DNA of 64,000 nucleotides. Source: Octopus sinensis (Eukaryota). The stretch is taken from assembly GCF_006345805.1 (NCBI RefSeq), contig NC_043003.1, positions 11,470,001 to 11,534,000 on the forward strand, written 5' to 3'. Below the pieces are notes generated by a model that was given only the letters and a program-made list of their open reading frames with translations, was not told the origin of the DNA and ran no database searches. This document shows positions 1 through 11,399 of the stretch, in pieces. The translations under genes were made by a program, and so were the position numbers. Positions within the stretch are counted from its first letter, which is position 1. Every line of letters begins with the position of its first letter.

Positions 1-160
1 TTCCCTGTCACTAAATTTCCACTTGTTTCTAAACAAACTAATATTGCCCTGTGGCTGGATATTTTTTTCTCAAAAGATTGGAAACCAGTCACACTGCTTG
101 TATGACAGTGGCGCTTGTTTACAACTATCTCTGTTATGTCGAGGCGAAGAGACACTTGCT
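1..160 (-). mobile_element. SINE group G body fragment (truncated by window edge)
   Basis: 'ATTGGAAACCAGTCACACTGCTTGTATGACAGTG...TTTACAACTATC' recurs at 52910-52975 and, on the opposite strand, at 49080-49150. Confidence 0.7.
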
Positions 161-184
161 CGTGCATCACATGTATGCATAGAA

Positions 185-325
185 AGGGCTTCTTCTGGTT
201 TTTGCCCAGAAGTTCAACTCACAAAGCTTTGTCAATCTGCAGCTACAGTAGGAGACACTTGCTCAGGGTGCCACAAAGTGGGGGCCAAATCTAAAACCAT
301 GTAGACGAGAAGGAGATATGTTGTC
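185..325 (-). mobile_element. Degenerate SINE group A head
   Basis: Reverse complement resembles the A head/CORE ('GGCACCCTGAGCAAGTGTCTCCTACTGTAG'). Confidence 0.6.
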
Positions 326-654
326 AACCTCCTGATTGATTTCTGTGTGGATGCAATTTTTGATTCCAAAGCATTGTAATAATTGCAAGTTTGGTTTATG
401 TAACACCAGAAGTCTTATTAAAGAACATGTATTTTGTCACAATATGGCTTCTGCAATTTGAAAACTGAAATAGAAGCAGATATAAATATACTTCTGTCAG
501 TTCCACCTCCAAGTCTGTTCCATTATATCTGTTTTTGTTTTTTGTTTTCCAAGTTTGGGTTTTGACATTTATAACTTGATATTCTGGGTACCTCTGTGTA
601 CACGTGCATGTGTGTTTGTGAGTGTTTGTGATTATGTGTGTGTGTGTGTGTGTG

Positions 655-932
655 TGGCTCACAATCTTAAGGCCATAAGTTCAATTCCTGGTGGCATGTT
701 AAGCCCTTGACCGAGTTGCTCTATTTCATGTTTCTCTGATCCACTCAGCTGTACCTGTAATTCAAAGGGGCCAGCCTTGCCACATTCTGTGTCTTGTTGA
801 ATCGCCCTGAGAACTACATTAAGGGCACACGTGTCTGTGGTGTGCTCAGCCACTTGCACGTTAATTTCAAAAGCAAGCTGTTCCATTGGTCAAGTCAACT
901 GGAACCCTCATCATTGTTTACTGACAGAGTGC
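655..932 (+). mobile_element. SINE group F (tRNA-like head remnant, CORE-like region, distinct tail)
   Basis: B-box-like 'AGTTCAATTCC'; body 'CCTGAGAACTACATTAAGGGCACACGTGTCTGTGG..CTCAGCCACTT' recurs inverted at 8397-8745. Confidence 0.7.
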
Positions 933-933
933 T

Positions 934-934
<1 letters not shown>

Positions 935-965
<31 letters not shown>

Positions 966-990
966 GAAGAGAGAGAGAGAAGAGAGAGAG

Positions 991-1032
<42 letters not shown>
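935..1032. repeat. (TG)n/(GA)n compound microsatellite
   Basis: Direct inspection. Confidence 0.95.
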
Positions 1033-1033
<1 letters not shown>

Positions 1034-1526
1034 CTTAATTTACCAAAGCTGAGAGTATAACTGTCCGAATAAGAAGAACCAATAGAATAACTAGTTGGTG
1101 TCTCTTGTCATCTTTCGTGTTATCCCTTCGTCTGTTCTGTGTATTGCATGTGATAAACAGGACATATCCCCCTGGCATCTATGCATCATTATATGATAAC
1201 CCATCCACCCTTTTTTTTTGTTACATCATCCAGAGTAATTTGGAACTTACGAAAGGAAAGTTTTATGTTACTCAAAACATATGAATCAAGATCTGTAGCT
1301 TCATGGCTGAACTTACGCCACATTTTACTGCTTGGGTTGGGGTGTGGTGGCAACAGAAAAATCATTAGGGCAGTGTGAAGTGTTTTCATTGCTTGTCCAC
1401 ACTGCATTGGTGCCTTGGGACATAAACCAGTGACCCTGTCAAACTCTCAGGCCACCCAACACCTTAACAACTCAGCCATGTGGAAGTCTTTACTGTTTTT
1501 GCTACCATTATCAATGCAGAAATTAA

Positions 1527-2195
1527 GGTGGCAAGCTGGCAGAATCGTTAGCATGGTGGGCAAAATGCTTAGTGGTATTTCGTCAGTCTTTACGTTCTGA
1601 GTTCAAATTCCGCCAATGTCAGTTTTGCCTTTCATCCTTTCGGGCTGATAAATTAAGTACCAGTTGCATACTGGAGTTAATCTAATCGACTGCCCCTCAA
1701 TCCCTAAAAATTTCGGGCCTTGTGCCTAGAATAGAAAAGAATTGTTAGCACACTGGGCAGCATTTTGGCTGTCTTTATGTTCCAAGTTCAAATTCCGCTG
1801 AGGTTGACTTTGCCTTTCACCCCTTTGGTGGCGGTGGTGGAGGGTTCGATAAAATAAGTGCCAGTTACATACTGGGGTTCGATGTAATTGACCCTCTTCT
1901 CTCCCCCTCCGAAATTCCTAAGCCTCATGCCAAAATCTGAAACCAATATTAATGTTTGCATAAAAGCTGTGAGCTGGCAGAATAGTTAGCATGCTGGGCA
2001 AAATGCTTTGAATGTAAAGACATGAAATGCCATTGGGTTCAAATCCCACCAAGGTCAACTTTGTCTTTCATGCTTTTTTTTTTGGCGGGGGAGGGGATGA
2101 TAAAATAAGTACCAGTTGCATATTGGGGTCAATGTAATTGACTTGCTCCCCCTCCCCCAAATTTCAGGCCTTGTGCCTATAGTAGAAAGCATTAT
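1527..2195 (+). mobile_element. Three consecutive SINE group B copies (about 1527-1742, 1743-1950, 1966-2195)
   Basis: Each carries 'GTTCAAATTCCGC..GACTTTGCCTTTCATCCTTT..GATAAA(A/T)TAAGTACCAGTT' and a 'GCCTTGTGCC' tail. Confidence 0.85.
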
Positions 2196-3476
2196 AAATA
2201 CATAAAATTAAATTAAAAATAAAAAGCTAGCTATTAATTAATTTTGTGGCAGATTTTCTTTTTTCTCCCTTTCGTTGTTTCCAACATGTCTGCAACAGTT
2301 AGTCTTGTATTGTATTTTGGAATATGAAGCACAGCTTTTCTTGCTCCTAGTTGAATACTAACACCTCTCGTTACTGGTGACTCAGATATCATTAACGACA
2401 TCTACATTTCAACTACAAATTGTTTCCCTGCTTCACAAAGTTGTTTCACACACAGCTACACACACACATACACTTGCATGCAACTGTTTATTTAACGAGA
2501 GAGTTTAATAAATCTGTCCAGGTGAGATCTGTGGTTGTTGGCTATAACGCTATGCAAAGTGCAGTTGTTTGCCTTGTCAGTAATTCCATGTCTTGAAAAA
2601 GACTGGTAACACCTCCATATTTAAACTTCTCTTCTGTCAACACAGCAATAACATTTTAGATGATTGCTTGCTGGTAATGGATTGTACACCGATGTTTACA
2701 GCACCTGTTTTAAAAATCCGCTTTCCCTTTTATTTACACTAAGTTTAGTTTTTTAAAATTTTATCTTATTCATCCTGTACATTCATACATACATACACAT
2801 ATACACACACACATATATTATATATGTTCTCCTTTTATTAATTTAGTCATTCTGGTATTTAAATTTTTGTTTCTTAAACTATTTAGTTGCTCTTCATTTA
2901 CATCTAAAATTGAATAGAAATAGAAATTTTACAATGTCTGTTTCTGCGCTTTTATTTATTTATCATTATGTAAATAACAAACAGGATGAGGGTCTTTTGA
3001 CAACAGTTTAGTCACACCCTTTTTCAATATATCATATTATGTTATACAGCTCTTGTCGTAGTCTCATGATTCGTATGAGTCATAGGGTTACAACAAGCAC
3101 ACTGCATTAGACCCCACTATTCAAGAAGCTCACTTTACTTTCATTTTGATCTTGTCAAATACAAGACAGATACAAACCTAGTATTCTTTTGTAGGGCACT
3201 GCCCCAAAATTTGTAACAAATGATCTGTAGACAGGAACTTTGCTGCAGGCTAGTTAGGGATCTGATCTGCCCCAAAGTGGTTAAGTAGGGTTCAACAAAG
3301 CAGGAGTTAACTGGCAGCTATCACCCTTGTGCATTTAACTGAATAAATCTTTCACTAACGCATCCTTGATCTCCATTAATATTTTGTGTATGTTAAATTG
3401 CACAGTGTCTTGCTCAAGGACACAGCTCACTGCCAGATATCAAATTCCCTAACCACTAAACCATGTGTCTTCTTTT

Positions 3477-3596
3477 AGCTTCCAGCATCTGTGTTTCCCA
3501 AGCGATCACCCATCTAAGTAATAACTAGGACCAACATTGCTTATCTTCAGTGGTCAGACGAGAACTGGTGCATTCAACCTGATAGGGCTGTAAAAG
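3477..3596 (-). pseudogene. Degenerate 5S rRNA copy (pseudogene or 5S-derived SINE head)
   Basis: Minus strand reads TTTTACAGCCCTATCAGGTTGAATGCACCAGTTCTCGTCTGACCACTGAAGATAAGCAATGTTGGTCCTAGTTATTACTTAGATGGGTGATCGCTTGGGAAACACAGATGCTGGAAGCT. It is about 120 nt and colinear with metazoan 5S, including box A and box C-like segments, with many substitutions. Confidence 0.85.
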
Positions 3597-3839
3597 CAGT
3601 CCTTCCTTATTAAGGTTATGAAGGTACATTGCTGAAATCCTGGGCCTCAAGGTTAGATTTCAAAATTGACTGCTACAGTTGTTGTCTTGTGTCTTTGAGG
3701 AAGTCCTTGTGATTCTGTTACCCTTGGTCTGTCTTATGATTTAGGGATCTGTGGTAGGAAGGACACGCAACTGTAACTAACAATTATTGTTCTAATGGGA
3801 TGTAAACATATAAGCTTTCAAATCTTCATTCTCTGATTA

Positions 3840-4147
3840 CGGTGAGGAAACATGGGTGTAGAACAGGAGGCAATGACCAAGACCTTTGGCATTATGTTGT
3901 GCTTGAGAAGAGGCCCCATCAAGCAGAGCAAAATCACAGTCGTGGCAGATACTGGTGGCATGTAAAAAGCACCCTTTACACTCTCGGAGTGGTTGACGTT
4001 AGGAAGGGCATCCAGCCGTAGAAAACCATGCCAAATAAAACTGGAGCCTGGTACAGCCCCCCCACACACACACCTTGTCAGCCCTGGTCAAACCATCCAA
4101 CCCATACCAGCATGGACAACGGACGTTAAACGATGATGATGATGATG
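3840..4147 (+). mobile_element. SINE-like group C element with (GAT)n tail
   Basis: 'GGAGTGGTTGACGTTAGGAAGGGCATCCAGCCGTAGAAA...CCAACCCATACCAGCATGGACAACGGACGTTAAACGATGATGAT'. Confidence 0.85.
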
Positions 4148-4427
4148 GTTACTGTTTGTCTACATTGATACTGCCGCAAACTAATTATCACCTTTGTTGC
4201 TTACCACACTGCTATTCATCAAAGCAATTAGCGTGTTACGAAGGCAGGCCATGCTCACTTAACTCTTCAAATGATAACATCATTGTTTTTAAGGCTGACT
4301 TTCACGCTTTGCCAACTGTAACCGTTTTTCTATGATAGCACCATTGTTTCATCTCTTTTATTTTTGCAATGCTTTTTAAAAGAACTAATCTCTTCTGTAG
4401 TAGGCTATGAAATATCATCTCTCATTG

Positions 4428-4471
<44 letters not shown>

Positions 4472-4703
4472 TTTGTTTCTCTCTGTTTTCATTGGTCTGT
4501 GTCTACGTTAGTCAATCTGGTTTCTTCATAAACTCTTTTTTCAGGCTCTTGTTCTTCTGTTAATGTTACCGATATTGCTGCAACTGTTTTTCAGATCTTC
4601 TTCCCAATTTTGAAGTATTCAACAAGTGATGCTTCTTTTGTCAGAATATTAAGAGCATAACGTGTAGACTGCTTTGTCGGCAGCTTAAGGTTCAAGTTTT
4701 TCT

Positions 4704-4734
<31 letters not shown>

Positions 4735-4839
4735 GATACGCATAACCATTTCTCTTCTGTAGTGACTTTTGCATGTTGGTAATAGGAAGTGTCGGGAGGG
4801 GAGGGGGGACGACACAAGCATGGAGATGACATCTGTGAA

Positions 4840-5110
4840 AATGGTGGCGGCAGTGGTGGTGGTGGCAGTGGTGGTGATGACGGTGGTGGTGGTGGTGGCA
4901 GTGATGGTGGTGGTGGTGGTGATGACGACGGTGGTGGTGGTGGTGGTGGTGGTGGTGGTGGTGGTGGTGGCGGCAGTGGTGGTGGCATGGTGGTGGCGGC
5001 GGCAGTGGTGGTGTTGGCGGCGGCGGTGGTGGTGGTGGTAGTGGTGGTTGTGGTGGTGGTGGTTGTGGTGGTGGTGGCAGCAGCAGCTATAACAACAACA
5101 ACAACAACAC
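4840..5110. repeat. Degenerate (GGT)n trinucleotide tract
   Basis: Direct inspection; produces the spurious poly-G/V/W and poly-H/T/P ORFs. Confidence 0.95.
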
Positions 5111-5505
5111 CACCAACTGGTGGAGACTGCATAAAGCCTATTCTCTGAACAGGATTTTTGTGAATTCATGTAAGCAACTCAGTACTTTGTGTTAACGAAA
5201 TGTGCAGCTGCTGTCAGATGATTGCATGCATTTTGGCTTAGGTTAACTTGTTCTTGGAGAACGAAACAACCAAACTGCATCGCACGTCTTTTTTTTTTTG
5301 TTGCTGTCTTCACTCCCCCACCACCACCACATGCACACACCCTTCTTGCAACGTGTGGTGGTGGTGGTGGTTGTGATGACGGTGAGGTGTTTTGGGGAAG
5401 AGACTATGATGATGATGGTGATGATGATGGTGGTGATGGGTGTAACTTGGAGCTGGTGGTGGTGGTTGCGATGGTGGTGGGGTAACTGTAGAGGTAGTGA
5501 TGGTA

Positions 5506-5900
5506 GCAATGGTAGTTGTGGTCGTTGTGGTGGTGGTCATAGTAGTAGTGGTGATGGTGGTGGTGTAGCTGTGGAAATGGTGACAACTGGAATGATGGTG
5601 GCGATTGTGGTGGTGGTGGTGGTGGTGGTGTTTTGATGGTGGCAATGGTAGTTGTGGTGGTTGTGATGGTGGTCATAGTAGTAGTGGTGATGGTGGTGGT
5701 GTAGCTGTGGAAATGGTGACAACTGGAATGATGGTGGCGATTGTGGTGGTGGTGGTGGTGGTGGTTTTGATGGTGCAATGGTAGTTGTGGTGGTTGTGAT
5801 GGTGGTCATAGTAGTAGTGGTGATGGTGGTGGTGTAGCTGTGGAAATGGTTGCAACTAGGATGGTGGTGGCGATTGTGGTGGTGGTGGTGGTGGTGGCAA
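5506..5900. repeat. Three copies of a ~135-bp (GGT)-derived minisatellite unit
   Basis: 'GCAATGGTAGTTGTGG...GTAGCTGTGGAAATGGTGACAACTGGAATGATGG' starts at 5506, 5642 and 5775. Confidence 0.9.
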
Positions 5901-6355
5901 CGGCAGTAGTGTTAAAATAACAATATCTGTCTGTCACGTATTGGAAATAATGTAAAAAAACAAACAAAACACAAATACATAATAATGTAAAACCAAAAAA
6001 AAAAAGGCAGAACAAAAAAAACAAAAAAAGTTTGTAAATAAAAAAATGATAAAATGTCAAATTTTCTGGCACATATAATCACTAAGATTAAAGTTTACGA
6101 AATTATTCAGCTTTGCTGATCCTTTTTATGGAAGAATACAGTCTTTCCTTCTTCATCTTGTTCTTTTTGTTTATTCTTTTATATGATATTTATATTTATC
6201 CTGTTGTCTTGTTGTTGACATGGATAGCATGGAACTTTCGGAATCATCCAGTCTTCATATTTTACAAATGTGAATGGGAGAGACAGGTGATGATGAAGAT
6301 GATGATGAAGATGATGAGCTTTTGCATGTGTGTGCAGGTGCGTGTGTGGGGGGAT

Positions 6356-6790
6356 TGTATGTGTTCCCAAATGTGTGTCTGAGTGGGTGCATGTGTGTGC
6401 GTCTATTGAAGTGTGTCCACCTCTGAGTGTGTGTGTGTGTGTGTGTGCATGTGTTCATCTGGGTGTGTATGTGTTTTTGTTTGAGTGTGTGTTTGAGCAT
6501 GTGTGAGGAGTGTTGTATGTGTGTGCGTCTATTCAAGTGTGTGTCCCTGTGTGTGTGTGTGTGTCTGTGTGTGTGTGTGTGGTGTGTGCATGTGTTCATC
6601 TGGGTGTATGTGTGTTTTGTTTGAGTGTGTGTTCCAGTATGTGTGAGGGGTGTTGTATGTGTTCCCAAACGTGTGTGTCTGAGTGGGTGCGTCTATTCAA
6701 GTGTGTGTCTCTATGAGTGAGTGTATGTGTTTGAGCAAGTGTGTGTGCATGTGTGAGGGATGTTGTATGTGTTCCGAAATGTGTGTGTGT
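6356..6790. repeat. About three copies of a ~140-160-bp (TG)-derived complex unit
   Basis: 'GCGTCTATT(G/C)AAGTGTGT' at about 6400, 6525 and 6689; 'GCATGTGTTCATCTGGGTG' repeated. Confidence 0.8.
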
Positions 6791-6812
6791 CCATGTATTC
6801 GAGTGTGTCCAG

Positions 6813-6853
<41 letters not shown>

Positions 6854-7289
6854 CAGGCATGTGTTTGAGTGTGGGTGTGTGTTTCTCATAATTGTGTGTA
6901 TCTGTATCCAAGTGTGAGTGTGTGTGTGTGTGCCACTATGTTTGTGTCCAAGTGTTTCTGTATCTCCAAATGTGTCCCCACCTCCGCCATCTGTCTGAGA
7001 GTGTGTACCCCTAAGTGTATGCATGTGGTGTGTTTAATGTATTAGTAGAGTAGTGTGTAGTGCTGTACATTTTCACTCCACACATTTCTGAATAAGAAAT
7101 TTACTTGTTAGATCATAACATCAAAACCATATTCTTAATGCATCTTAAAACTCAAGTTAATCAGACATAACAATTCCATCATCTTTACACAAAACACAAA
7201 TCACTTTATTTCTGTCTTCATCTTAAACAGATTCCTGTGAAATTGCTCTCGTCTTTTGCCATTGCTTTCATCTCTGTTAACCTTAGGTA

Positions 7290-7700
7290 TTGGCATCAGT
7301 CCAACTGCATGACACCTTAAGCAAGTTTCTTTTACTATAGTCGTGGACCAACTGAAGCCTTGTTTGGGAATTAGGTAGACAGAAACTGAAAGAAGCCTCT
7401 GTGTGTGTGTGTGTACTTATTGCTATCTCCGTGTCTTGGCACCATGTGATAGTTGTAAATGATTGTTGCCATAATGCTAGAAGTGTACTCTCTTTTAAAT
7501 CTTCCATGAAAACATGTATGACTGTATCAAAATATTACCTTACCTGTAAACAGGTGAGGTTGACAGTAGTAAGGCCATCCAGCCCTCTGTTTCCAATCTT
7601 CCATGAAAACATGTCTGGTCATATAGAAATATGACCTTACTTATAAACAGGTGAGGTTGACAGTAGTAAGGCCATCCACCTGTCTGCCCCATGCAAGCAT
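7290..7700 (+). mobile_element. SINE with A head plus G body, carrying an internal ~97-bp tandem duplication
   Basis: A-type head 7290-7410. 'AATCTTCCATGAAAACATGT...AAACAGGTGAGGTTGACAGTAGTAAGGCCATCCA' occurs at about 7498 and 7595. Confidence 0.75.
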
Positions 7701-7724
7701 GGAAAATCATTGTCATCATCACCA

Positions 7725-7945
7725 CCGTCATCATTTAACGTGTTTTCCATACTGGCTCATGCTGGATGGTTTGACAAGAGCTGGGAAGCTGGAGAGCCAC
7801 ACCAAGCACAATTTGTCTGTTTTGGCATGGTTTCTACAACTGGATGCCCTTCCTAATGCCAACCACTTTACAGAGTGCATTTTATGTGGCACCAACACAG
7901 TTGCATTTTACATGGCACCTGTACAGGTGCTTTTTATGTGACACC
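7725..7945 (-). mobile_element. Group C element
   Basis: 'CTGGATGCCCTTCCTAATGCCAACCAC' and an (ATC)n tail on the plus strand. Confidence 0.8.
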
Positions 7946-8001
7946 AGCATACGGATAGTGAGTTCTAATATGAAATTATTAGTATTGCTATGCTTTAGCA
8001 A

Positions 8002-8125
8002 AGACAGGCTTCTTTTAGTTTCCCTCAACCAAATCTGGTCAGTCTGACACTTGTCCAGGTTGCCATGCAGTAGGACTGAACCTGGAACCATGTGGTTGGG
8101 AAACAAGCTACTTACCACACAGCCA
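8002..8125 (-). mobile_element. SINE group A head (internally deleted)
   Basis: 'GGACTGAACCTGGAACCATGTGGTTGGGAAACAAGCTACTTACCACACAGCCAC'. Confidence 0.8.
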
Positions 8126-8199
8126 CAAGGCATAAAGGCTTTAATATCACATTTCACATTTTGTCATTCATTCTTCGAAATTCTTTTCTTTCTTTCTTC

Positions 8200-8395
8200 T
8201 TTTTCTACTCTAGGCACAAATTTGGGGGGAGGGGCCAGTTGATTAGATCGACCTCAGTACACAACTGGTACTTAATTTATCAACCATGAAAGGATGAAAG
8301 GCAAAGTTGACCTCGGCGTAATTTGAACTCAGAATGTAAAGATAGATGAAATACTGCTAAGCATTTTGCCCAGTGTGCTAACATATTTGCCAGCT
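8200..8395 (-). mobile_element. SINE group B
   Basis: 'CTGGTACTTAATTTATC..AAAGGATGAAAGGCAAAGTTGACCTCGGCG.AATTTGAACTCAG'. Confidence 0.85.
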
Positions 8396-8396
8396 A

Positions 8397-8745
8397 AGTG
8401 GCTGAGCATTCCACAGACACGTGCACTCTTAACCCTTTCTTTACCAACCCGGTTTAGAATTAAAATCTTCCACCAAACCTTAGCCACAATTCATGTTCCT
8501 AACACTAGCTTAATTATAACTGAGTTATTTTACTAAATTCTTTGTTATATTTAAAATTAATTGAATGAAACACAAAGCATCTCAAAATAAATACAGTAAC
8601 AAAAGGGTTAACATAGTTCTCAGGGAGATTCAACATGACACAGAATGTGACGATGCTGGCCCTTTGAATTTACAGGTACAAGCCATTTCTGCCAGTTGAG
8701 TGGACTGGAGCAATGTGAAATAAAGTGTCTTGCTCAAGAGCCCAT
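8397..8745 (-). mobile_element. SINE group F interrupted by a piggyBac-type MITE
   Basis: The flanks rejoin as 'CCACAGACACGTGCACTC-TTAA-CATAGTTCTCAGGG', matching the reverse complement of 808-840. Confidence 0.75.
8429..8611 (-). mobile_element. piggyBac-type MITE, family I
   Basis: TTAA-CCCTTT...AAAGGG-TTAA termini; interior matches 12605-12814 and 37772-37997 in reverse. Confidence 0.85.
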
Positions 8746-9984
8746 TGCACTGCCAAATACCCTGATTTCTAATGACCGTACCTTCCCCAGGTGAAGGGGT
8801 ATGTATGAATAAACCCTAACCCCCCTCCCCCATTGCTCCTTGTATGGTACCATGTAACCAACTCCCTAATCAACTGGTCTATCACAATGAATCAGTCCTA
8901 ATACATTTGAAATTTGCTTTTAGTTTTTGAATGAAATGGCTTTTTTTTTTTTTACCTTTTAAGGATGTGTGTGGTAGGGGAGAGGATGTTTGAATCAAAT
9001 AACTTTCTGTTAGTGTCACACCTTATATTCCATTCAGTAAACAACATTATATCACTTGAAAAAAAAAAAAAAATAATACTATTCCCAGTCCTAAAAACTG
9101 GCCTCATTGTTGTTCTTAGGATTGAAGAAATGGTAATTTGATATGCATTTACAAAGTCTTGGCACCTTGTGGGAACGACTGCCATTCATTTATTCAATTT
9201 GTGTTTCTCTCTTTTTTCTTTCTCTTCCATTTTTGTTTTTTTTTTTTTTTTTACACATGCATTTTTCTATGATTTTGTTATTTTTTGGGGTTTTTTTTTT
9301 CTGCTTTTATTTTCATTTCTATTTTATTCTATTCCATTTATTTTCATAAAATCAAACTAGTCTTGTTTGAACTGGTGTTTCATAAAATAAATTAGCCACC
9401 ACCTGAAAAAGAAGCATTTGTGCTTTGACCAAATTCATTGCTTTGGATACAGGGCGTGGGTGGACTAAAAAATTTAGATTTTCACTATCTTTCTTCCTTT
9501 CCTTCTCTCCTTTCTTTCCTCTCTTTCTTTCTTCCCTTCTTTCCTTTTCATTGACTGACTGGTTAAAGCTGTTTCATTGTACCTTTGAGCAAGGTACTTT
9601 AATTCTATTCATTATAGCCTGCTTCTCATTGGCAAGACTAGCTACTACAATATTTGTTAGGGAAAAAGAGTAAGCCTACAATAATAAACAAACAAACACC
9701 ACCACCACCAACGACAACAACAACAACCGCAAAATTTGTAGTAGAATGGGAAGATACTAGGCCTAAGCACTGACTTGATGAACTTTCATTGGTTCATGAC
9801 TAACTGGCGTTCTTCAGGTGTTGCTCTTGAAAGCCCCCTAATTCCAGATCCTGGCATTGGATATTGTTGGTATGCCCTCAGACTGCTCAGCCAGTATTTC
9901 AATACTTAGATGTTTCTGGTTGCTTGAGTGAGTTGTACTTTTTGTTAGAAATGGAAGGGGTTAATTTTTTTACATCCAAAAAAG

Positions 9985-10436
9985 CAGTGATTATCAACCA
10001 GAGTCCATGTGACTCCCGGGGGTCTATATAAGACTTTCTGGGGTGTCCACACAAGCAAAATAGTAAATTGGGGATCTGCAGTAATATTTTAAGGGTTCAT
10101 GAAAAAAATTTTGTTTTGGATCAGTAGTTCTCAACTGGCGCCCATATAAGATTTTTGGAGGTTCACGTAAGAAAATAATATATTGGATATCTACCATAGT
10201 ATTTTAAGGGCCCTAAAATATGTTGTTTTATATGTATTGCATTGGTAGGTATTGCAAGAAACATCTAGGTTTCTTTCTGTAACATTTTACATATTTCAAC
10301 CAACACGAAATAGGAATTTTGAAAGAAATTCCTATAAAACTAATTTCTAAATATGAAATGATTAGGGGTGGGGGTCCAACAGAATAAAATGGGAATCAAA
10401 GGGGGTCCATAGATAAGAAATGGTTGAGAGCCCCTA
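9985..10436. mobile_element. hAT-type MITE (10122-10436) preceded by a partial copy of its left end (9985-10120)
   Basis: 'CAGTAGTTCTCAAC...GGTTGAGAGCCCCT' termini resemble the CAGTGGTTCTCAA ends of hAT MITEs; related to 13531-14043. Confidence 0.6.
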
Positions 10437-11399
10437 TATTAGATAGTTATTTATTGCAAGAAACAGTTGGATTTCTTTCTCTAACATTTTACATACTTCA
10501 ACAGGTTTCCAGCCCCTGCAACAGGTTCTCTCAGACAGTACTATCACTGATTCATTTGACTAAAATTCTTCAGGGTGGTGCCCCAGAATGGCCGCATTCT
10601 GACGGCTGAAACAATTAAAAGAGTAAAAGAAAAGTTAATGTGTGAATACTAAAAAAAAAAAAAAAAAGGGTATTTTGAAAGAAATGTCTATAAAACCATT
10701 TTTTAACCCTTTCGTTACTATATTTTGAGATACTTCAAACCAGCCAGATCAGACTTCTCTCACCTACCCTAAATGTTTTTACTTTGGTTCAAAAAAAAAA
10801 AACCCAAAAAAGACATAAGTATAAGAATAAAATATAATTGTATGTGCACAAAGCAGATACATCCAATGAGTTAAAATGGCAAAACGAAGATAAGAAAAAC
10901 AATTGATGTTTTAAGTGCGAAACTACAGATTGACGTAAATCAGACGGTCATGGTGACATTGCAATGGAAGTTGTTCTTGTATTCAGTTTCTCAGAAATTA
11001 TCTCTAAAATGCAATGGGTATTGTGAGCTTCTTATTTTGAATTCCCATAGGTATAATTTAACATAATTAGCCATGTGAATTTTATTTCTGTAACATTTTG
11101 CCTTCCCTCTCACCTCCCTCTTTCCTTTCTTACTCTTCATTGTTTGTGTGTGAATATGTATTAGTGAGAAATATCCATTCTGAAGTCGATGCTTTGTGCC
11201 AACGTAGTCGTAATGTGTTCAGGAGGTGTAAATATTTAACTGTAATCTTGCATAATTACACGCAAAACATATTGAATATTGATAATTACATAATTAATTG
11301 TTAAAAACGGTTTCTTGGCTTTGTTTTTACCTATTTTTAAGTTTGTTGTGCTTCGTTGCATTCACACGCTGCATCTTGGCAGATGTATGTGTGTAAAAG

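Noticed and set aside
4591-6072. Long His/Thr/Pro/Val/Gly-rich ORFs (e.g. 4591-5169, 4789-5148, 5404-5778)
   Set aside because: They are translations of (GGT)n tracts, open in several frames on both strands, with no usable splice structure.
6113-6382. Hydrophobic, membrane-protein-like ORF
   Set aside because: Hydrophobicity follows from T-rich composition, and the ORF runs into (GAT)n and (TG)n tracts.
9800-9930. Plausible short peptides on both strands (GVALESPLIPDPGIG...; LKYWLSSLRAYQQYPMPGSG...)
   Set aside because: Each hits a stop within about 40 codons, neither is recognisable, and the strands cannot be discriminated.
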